Shown one piece after another: positions 57,898-64,000 of a DNA stretch of 64,000 bases; position 1 is the first letter of the stretch, and every line of letters begins with the position of its first letter. A program made the position numbers and the translations under genes. The notes below the pieces were generated by a model that was given only the letters and a program-made list of their open reading frames with translations, was not told the origin of the DNA and did no database searches. The stretch is from positions 32,001 to 96,000 of IMG/VR virus record IMGVR_UViG_3300034102_001514. The stretch is one strand, 5' to 3'. The DNA is from a virus.

Positions 57898-58743
57898 TTA
57901 AACGATATCTTTTGATTCAATTAAAGTATAAGTAAACTTTTTATTTCCAGCAGCTGCTGCTTTTCTTGCAATTGTCATAAATTGTTCAAAGTCAGCCGCT
58001 CTTTTAAATACTTGACATCCTTCAGACCAGTTTTCTACAAATGTAGAATCAGCACCTGCTTTGTGGATGTTAATACCAAATACACCTTCTTGGATTTTGG
58101 TTTCATCGTAGTTCATATCACGATTTGCATCACGATAAACTTTTACTTTACCAAATTGTTTTAGCGCCTCATACTTACCTTGGTGTAGACCCAAAGCGTG
58201 TGAATCAGCATACTGACCAGGAACCAATCTTGCAACACCTGCTGCGTTATGGTATTCTTTAACACCTTTAGTACCAGGGTCGGTAGTATTCATCCACTCG
58301 TTGTAAACCCAAACACCATTTTCTTTGTATGATACAGTAATTCTATCATCAAAAGCGTTGGTTACTTTTTTACCCGTATCTGAATTACGAACACCTACGA
58401 TATTAAGTTCAAGGTCTTTACTTTCAAACCACTTGTATCCTTTTGCTTTTACTGCTTTTTCAATAGATTCTTTATTGTATTTTGCAGCAGCACTTGGTTT
58501 CGCAGGAGCAGCTGCTGCAGGTTTAGCAGCGGGCTTAGCAGCAGGAGCTGCTGGGGCTTTGAGACCTAATTTAACTAATGTGGATTCACCGACAATACCA
58601 TCAGCGGTAAGTCCGTGTTTCTTTTGAAATGCTTTTACAGCATCTTCGGTTTTTGGTCCGAAATTACCAATTGGGTCAACACCCAATACTTTTTGGATTT
58701 CTTTGATGAATTCGTTATTATCACCTTTTTTGTAAACAGCCAT
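57898..58743 (-). CDS. Modular endolysin: PG_binding_1 plus Cys/His (YkuD-like) catalytic domain
   Basis: GNFGPKTEDAVKAFQ..GLTADGIVG; A/P/K linker; GINIH..WSEGCQV. Confidence 0.78.
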   Translation of the reverse strand: MAVYKKGDNNEFIKEIQKVLGVDPIGNFGPKTEDAVKAFQKKHGLTADGIVGESTLVKLGLKAPAAPAAKPAAKPAAAAPAKPSAAAKYNKESIEKAVKAKGYKWFESKDLELNIVGVRNSDTGKKVTNAFDDRITVSYKENGVWVYNEWMNTTDPGTKGVKEYHNAAGVARLVPGQYADSHALGLHQGKYEALKQFGKVKVYRDANRDMNYDETKIQEGVFGINIHKAGADSTFVENWSEGCQVFKRAADFEQFMTIARKAAAAGNKKFTYTLIESKDIV

Positions 58744-58871
58744 TTTAAACTCCTATTTTAAAAACCAAAAGGATAAATTTATCCCTACCTTAATAAGTAT
58801 GGATAAATTCAAGAGGAACCACCCATTCTATACCAAATGGGTCTAAAATATTACAATGAGTGTTGGTTGAT

Positions 58872-59057
58872 TTAATAATCGTTATCCGTTCGCCCTCTAT
58901 CAAGCTTCCCCGATGATTGGAAAATGTTTTCGCCATCTTGGATTTTATTTTTTCCATTTTTTCTATTAATTTTTTCGTATGATTTATATTCCGTTTCGTA
59001 ACGGTCCAATTGTTGAATGTTAATTTTTGCCATTTTACTGAATAATTCGTAAACCAT
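58872..59057 (-). CDS. Hypothetical protein
   Basis: ORF in run; true start probably MAKINI. Confidence 0.5.
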   Translation of the reverse strand: MVYELFSKMAKINIQQLDRYETEYKSYEKINRKNGKNKIQDGENIFQSSGKLDRGRTDNDY

Positions 59058-59274
59058 TAAGTTTATCCAAGAATTGTTCTATGGAATAAGATTTATTGTT
59101 TTGGTCTTTGATAACCACTTCATCAAGGTTATCAGGATACTTTTGTATCATTTGTTGAAGGGCTTGGAAACCATCCTCTGCCCAAAAGTTTTTGAACAAA
59201 ACCTCACCCAAAACATTCGGAGAAAAGTTTGGATTTTTAACATCATCATCCTTTAACAATATGTAATACATCAT
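59035..59274 (-). CDS. Hypothetical protein
   Basis: ORF in run. Confidence 0.65.
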   Translation of the reverse strand: MMYYILLKDDDVKNPNFSPNVLGEVLFKNFWAEDGFQALQQMIQKYPDNLDEVVIKDQNNKSYSIEQFLDKLNGLRIIQ

Positions 59275-60440
59275 AAATTTATAAGATTCATTTCATAGTG
59301 CTTTACTTGGCTGACCTTTACTTTAAATATGTCGAATTCATACTCACCACTATCAAAGTTGTTAAAATCAAAAATTTGAGATAGATTTTGGATAAATTGA
59401 AATGAATTATTATTCAGCCGTAATGCGTCAAATTCCACAATAATGTCTGATTTCTCATTCATATTGAACTTTTTACTTAAATCAAATTTGGTATTAGGTT
59501 GTTCTGATTCAATGTATTGATTGATTAAATCTTGGGAACAATCAACGCTCATTCTATCACACCAAGGTTCTAATAATTCAAGGTGTTGAGCTTGACAATT
59601 TGTGACTACAAATTCCACATTGTATTTGTGTGGAACTATCGGCTTCATTAAAGGGTCGTGTTTAACAAAGTGACCCCACTTACGAATAAAATTTCTACCA
59701 TTTTTAGTTGTAGTGTGAATCCATTCTTGTGAATTTACACCAGCAGCTCCGCCTGAATGTTTATTAAATCTACTACCGCGAGATGTAAAGTGATAAACCA
59801 AAGCATCCCAACTTTGAATAATTTTATATCCGTTCAAAACAAATCTATTGAACAAATCGGAGTCTTCTTTTGATTGCGGAGCAAACAACTCATCGTGACC
59901 ACCAATTGATAGAAAATCTTCACGATACATACACCAAGGAGCAAATATACCTTCGGTAGTTTTATTTGTATATTCAACTTCCAATTGAGATAGTTTTACG
60001 CGATTTAAATCATAATCATACTCATCAACTTCATTACCCCAATCCATAGTTAGTTTTTCAGGACCAGATGGGTGTAGTGGTGGTTCTACTCGTGTAGCAC
60101 ACACAACCGAAAGAGGTGTCAGATGTTTAAGAATGTTTTTATCCATATTTGGAGAAGCAACCATATCAGCGTGAAACGCCATAATGATTGGAGTCCTTGC
60201 CATTTGGATACCTTTATCAAACATACCCACTATACCAATACGCTCAGGTCCTTCATTTCTATATGTGATTAGTTTTTTATCATTTAGTGATTTAATCCAT
60301 TCGGATGTACCATCGGTTGAAGCATCATCTAAAACTAATATCTCATGCTCACCATTTAAATCCTTAATGGATTTATATGCAAGTTGTAAAAACTCAAGGT
60401 TGTTTCTTGATGGTATTACAAATGTTATTCTTTGGTCCAT
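59271..60440 (-). CDS. Glycosyltransferase family 2
   Basis: FVIPSRN, LDDASTDGT, HADM, GGHDELF, EDSD. Confidence 0.92.
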   Translation of the reverse strand: MDQRITFVIPSRNNLEFLQLAYKSIKDLNGEHEILVLDDASTDGTSEWIKSLNDKKLITYRNEGPERIGIVGMFDKGIQMARTPIIMAFHADMVASPNMDKNILKHLTPLSVVCATRVEPPLHPSGPEKLTMDWGNEVDEYDYDLNRVKLSQLEVEYTNKTTEGIFAPWCMYREDFLSIGGHDELFAPQSKEDSDLFNRFVLNGYKIIQSWDALVYHFTSRGSRFNKHSGGAAGVNSQEWIHTTTKNGRNFIRKWGHFVKHDPLMKPIVPHKYNVEFVVTNCQAQHLELLEPWCDRMSVDCSQDLINQYIESEQPNTKFDLSKKFNMNEKSDIIVEFDALRLNNNSFQFIQNLSQIFDFNNFDSGEYEFDIFKVKVSQVKHYEMNLINL

Positions 60441-61267
60441 AGTTCCTTAATATAATTTTTTAATTCACGAGTTGGATACCAATCCAAAACTTTGTTAGCT
60501 GTAGAATCGGTATTCAATGTATCTCTTGCTTCACCCAATTTACCATCTTTGTAGATTGGTTCCACTCCAAACATTTTTGCAACTTCGTTTACTGAATGGT
60601 TTTTACCCCTACCCAATTCAAACTCATAACCATATGCTTGTTTTTCCATGATAAGAATTAAAGCATCTACAATGTCATCAATATGCGTAAAATCTCTACG
60701 TTGTTCACCATCACCATAGATTTCACATTGAATCCCATTTTGGATATTGTTAATCCACCTTCCAATCAAAGTGGTGTATCCACCCTCAAGGAGTTGGTGT
60801 GGTCCATAAACATTGTAGAACCTTGCTATGGATGATAATAATCCAAAATGAGTTTGGTATAGGGTAATAATATCTTCACCCAAATCCTTTGAAAATGTGT
60901 AAGGGTTTTTAAACCTACCACTATGTTTAGATGAAGAACCGGCGTAGATTAGGGGTATATTATACCTAATACAAAATTTAACCATTTCATATGTTCCATT
61001 GAAGTTTGTATCAATATACTCTTCAGGTCGTTCAAATGATGGTCCAATTCTTGCAATAGCAGCCAAGTGAAATATAATATTAAAATCTTTATCCATTGTG
61101 GATATATTTTGAATATCACCGGCCCAATAACGACAACCATCTACTTCATTGGATTTTAAACCAGTTGAGTAATTGTCCAATGATTGGACTTCGTGTCCTT
61201 CTTTTAATAATCGTTTGATGAGGTTTGTTCCCACAAAACCAGCACCACCCGTAACTAATATTTTCAT
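60425..61267 (-). CDS. NAD-dependent epimerase/dehydratase
   Basis: TGGAGFVG, HLAA, YTFSK, NVYGP, RDFTH. Confidence 0.95.
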   Translation of the reverse strand: MKILVTGGAGFVGTNLIKRLLKEGHEVQSLDNYSTGLKSNEVDGCRYWAGDIQNISTMDKDFNIIFHLAAIARIGPSFERPEEYIDTNFNGTYEMVKFCIRYNIPLIYAGSSSKHSGRFKNPYTFSKDLGEDIITLYQTHFGLLSSIARFYNVYGPHQLLEGGYTTLIGRWINNIQNGIQCEIYGDGEQRRDFTHIDDIVDALILIMEKQAYGYEFELGRGKNHSVNEVAKMFGVEPIYKDGKLGEARDTLNTDSTANKVLDWYPTRELKNYIKELWTKE

Positions 61268-62196
61268 AATATAGATTTTATCTTTTCTATAAATACCGAT
61301 TCCAAATACAATTCGTTGTATAGTTGCTTTGTGGATTCGCTACACTCTTTGTAAAAATCCGTATCAGATTTTAATTTGTTTGCTAATTCTTTTGCTGTGA
61401 CTATATCACCACGTTCTACACTTAAATTTGGGTGTAGATGTTTTTGCGTATTTACATCATTGTATCCAATACAAGGAATACCCAAATAAGAACAATTTAA
61501 AGGGAATTGGCCGGCTGACGCAGGATAGCATTGTACCGCATATTTATATTTTGATAATTCAAACATAAAATCAGACCATACCATCCACGGTAAATACTCA
61601 ACTCCGTTTTGTTCCTCACCATTTTTAAACTTACCAGTTTTATAACCAACCATTGGCAAGTCAAACTCACAAGCTATGGACCAAGCATCAAAACCACGAT
61701 ATGCACTTGTCCAATTTCCAGCAACAAATACTTTTTCTTCTTTTGTTTTAGATTGGGTTATTCCGTTATCAATCATTAAAGTTGGTAAAACAAATGCGGG
61801 TTTATTCGTTACTCCTCCAAAAAAAGGAACATCAATATCGTTATGACACAAAACACCATCGCTATGTATTAGTTGCTTATAAAACCAAGCCATAGATATA
61901 AATGGTTCGTCTTGCCAATCCCATTGAATACTTTCTTGCATCACATAAACTTTTTTACATAGAGACTTTATGTTTTGAATTAAATCAACTTGATTTACAG
62001 CAAGATATTCTCTATTTTTTTCTTTGGGAATAATCACAATTCCAACATCAAAGTTCTCATTTGGAAATGACTCTGAAAATATTGGAATGTGAACTGCATC
62101 TAAAGCACATATCCAAGCTTGGTCAGTTCTCATATTTGGGTTGTTTCTTGGAACTTTTCCAAAATAACCACCTTCAGTAAAAAATGCTATTTTCAT
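61264..62196 (-). CDS. Putative GT-B glycosyltransferase
   Basis: MKIAFF start, C-terminal LGIPCIG; context. Confidence 0.6.
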   Translation of the reverse strand: MKIAFFTEGGYFGKVPRNNPNMRTDQAWICALDAVHIPIFSESFPNENFDVGIVIIPKEKNREYLAVNQVDLIQNIKSLCKKVYVMQESIQWDWQDEPFISMAWFYKQLIHSDGVLCHNDIDVPFFGGVTNKPAFVLPTLMIDNGITQSKTKEEKVFVAGNWTSAYRGFDAWSIACEFDLPMVGYKTGKFKNGEEQNGVEYLPWMVWSDFMFELSKYKYAVQCYPASAGQFPLNCSYLGIPCIGYNDVNTQKHLHPNLSVERGDIVTAKELANKLKSDTDFYKECSESTKQLYNELYLESVFIEKIKSIL

Positions 62197-62762
62197 ATGT
62201 TTTGTAATGCTGTATAATAGTTGGTAACATTTGGGTGAAAGTAGCTAACTTTACAATCAAAAACCGACTCATCAAGATAAGCTCTACCTCCACCACCACT
62301 TATGTATTCAGTTGCATTGAAATGTTTACATATATCTGCAAGTCGCTGGGAACTTAATGATACGATTCCTAACTCGGATGACCTAACCATTGGCGTTGTT
62401 ATACCCAATTTGGTTCTACAATATTCAATACTAGCAATGTTAATATCTACAAGATAGTTTGATAAATATATTTCAGAAAAATCTACACCAAAATTAGTTT
62501 GTAATTTATTTAAAATTACGCGTTTCCATTTTGCATTTTTACTAACTATAATATCTTTAATCAACTTTAAGTTTGCGTGTTGTTCCAACTCCACACTAAA
62601 CCATTCATCTACTCCATTTTTATTTTGGAATTTGTTTCGGTTCTGAAAGTTGTTTTTTGTATATTGAACATCATCTAAAATTACAAATAGGTCAGCCGCT
62701 TCCATTTTTTGAAAGAATCCCATGTAAGGGAAATGCTCGGGTTGGTGTATTGTTATTTTCAT
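62193..62762 (-). CDS. WbqC-like protein (putative glycyltransferase)
   Basis: IHQP.HFPY.GFF, LDDVQY..FQNRN, RL..ICK...A.EYISG.GGR.YL. Confidence 0.9.
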   Translation of the reverse strand: MKITIHQPEHFPYMGFFQKMEAADLFVILDDVQYTKNNFQNRNKFQNKNGVDEWFSVELEQHANLKLIKDIIVSKNAKWKRVILNKLQTNFGVDFSEIYLSNYLVDINIASIEYCRTKLGITTPMVRSSELGIVSLSSQRLADICKHFNATEYISGGGGRAYLDESVFDCKVSYFHPNVTNYYTALQNI

Positions 62763-63376
62763 CGAAATAATACCATTAAAAAATCAAATTTTGATTTGTG
62801 TATTAAGGTTACGTTTTCCGTTACTGATAATGCAATCTCTAATGTAGATGCTGGTGAGAAATACTCAATGTTAGTGCTTCTTATAGAAGCCCATGTACTT
62901 GGAAAATTTACCAAAACAACATTAGAACAATCATACATACATTGTAGGTATTGTTTTAATTTAGTTGGATGGTCAGCCGGCCCTCCTTGATTTCCAGCAA
63001 CTCCGGATGAAATTGCTAAATCATACTTTTTGTTAATTTTTGATTCTAAAATATCTAATACCTCAAACGAATGTTCTTTGTAATTTTCAGATGCAATTTT
63101 AACAAACTCATCATTTATATCAATACCATGATATGACTTACAAGTATAACCAAAATCAAAGAAAGACCCCCAACCACACCCAAATTCAATAACGGACTTA
63201 TCCGAAAACGGAATAATTGAATTCATAGCATCATATCTAAACTTAGCAGAACTACCATCAGCAGACCCCCATGTCAGAGACCTATAATCTCCAACCCCAT
63301 ATGTTTTTAAAGACTCAGCGTACCAAGTCATCATTCTTTCACGTTGATTCATATTTAAACAATTATAGAAACCCAA
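62759..63376 (-). CDS. Class I SAM methyltransferase
   Basis: SLTWGS..RY, VIEFGCGWG, GIDIN. Confidence 0.85.
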   Translation of the reverse strand: MGFYNCLNMNQRERMMTWYAESLKTYGVGDYRSLTWGSADGSSAKFRYDAMNSIIPFSDKSVIEFGCGWGSFFDFGYTCKSYHGIDINDEFVKIASENYKEHSFEVLDILESKINKKYDLAISSGVAGNQGGPADHPTKLKQYLQCMYDCSNVVLVNFPSTWASIRSTNIEYFSPASTLEIALSVTENVTLIHKSKFDFLMVLFR

Positions 63377-64000
63377 TCTACCTTACCAATATACGAATTA
63401 ATTTTATAACATCCAAGTCCACCAACAATTTTATGTAAGGGAATGTATGGTTCTCGTTTAGAGTGGTCGGTGAAATACATACCACGAAGCCAAGAACTTT
63501 CATTGCCAATCAAATTAACTCCTGCATTTTTAATTTCGGTAGATAGTTCAGTTCGTTTAATAAGATTACTTTGAATTGTAGTTTTTAGTTCATCAAAATT
63601 GTATAGAGGTAATTGCATTATTTTATCTGAAAATACGAACCCACCTCTTTTAAAGTCAATCCATTTAGATTTATTTGTAGATGATATAACAATATCAGCG
63701 TATTTACCCAATCCAACAAGTCCGTGACATTGACTTAAATCTTCTATGATTTTTAGATTTGTTTTTTCTTTAATTGTTTTTACATCAGCACGAATTCCAA
63801 ACATATGTGGTATAATAATAGTATCATAATCATCTGCTACACGAAATACGTCATCTACATCAATTTGTAAATCTAAACCACAATCTGAAAGATGATACTC
63901 ACATCCTACTTCATTTACAGCATTTAAAATATCCAAACAAGTGTAAGATGGAATTATGACTTTTTTAGCACTCAACTCGTGTAATGCTATAATTAGAGCT
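63355..64000 (-). CDS. DegT-like PLP aminotransferase, partial (runs off right edge)
   Basis: ALIIAL upstream in frame, IIPSYTC, PHMFG, IEDLSQCHG, K..GG. Confidence 0.75.
   Translation of the reverse strand, partial: ALIIALHELSAKKVIIPSYTCLDILNAVNEVGCEYHLSDCGLDLQIDVDDVFRVADDYDTIIIPHMFGIRADVKTIKEKTNLKIIEDLSQCHGLVGLGKYADIVISSTNKSKWIDFKRGGFVFSDKIMQLPLYNFDELKTTIQSNLIKRTELSTEIKNAGVNLIGNESSWLRGMYFTDHSKREPYIPLHKIVGGLGCYKINSYIGKVDWVSIIV

Noticed and set aside
63965-63991. CIRCE-like TTAGCACTC half-site
   Set aside because: Inside a coding sequence, right arm and spacing do not match, far from chaperone genes

Overview
AT-rich, densely packed 64-kb segment with essentially every credible gene on the minus strand. 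It reads as part of a large (jumbo-type) lytic dsDNA phage of a Bacteroidota host. Host evidence: TTTG..TAnnTTTG-type promoters, a DUF4494 gene, a Bacteroidota-like DnaK tail and a type IX secretion (T9SS) sorting domain. No capsid, terminase or polymerase gene is in view, so the phage call is an inference from gene content. Contents: UvsE; DnaK, GroEL, GroES, a J-domain protein and ClpS; a MoxR-like AAA+/VWA pair; 12 canonical tRNAs plus 3 non-canonical tRNA-like genes; ThyA, dCMP deaminase and NUDIX; many glycan-modifying enzymes; a DUF2589 operon; a gene-poor region (24.6-26.4 kb) full of repeats and host-regulator-like sites; a block of probable internal virion proteins with xxE maturation leaders; and a probable endolysin. 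Strongest candidates for new biology: (1) an ~8-kb cohesin/dockerin/T9SS/CsgG-like/beta-barrel surface-display operon, (2) two covarying non-canonical tRNA-Gly-like RNAs, possibly serving a WbqC glycyltransferase, and a D-armless tRNA(UAU)-like RNA, (3) a cluster of DnaA-, MraZ- and OxyR-like boxes. All protein calls are by eye from motifs; no searches were run.
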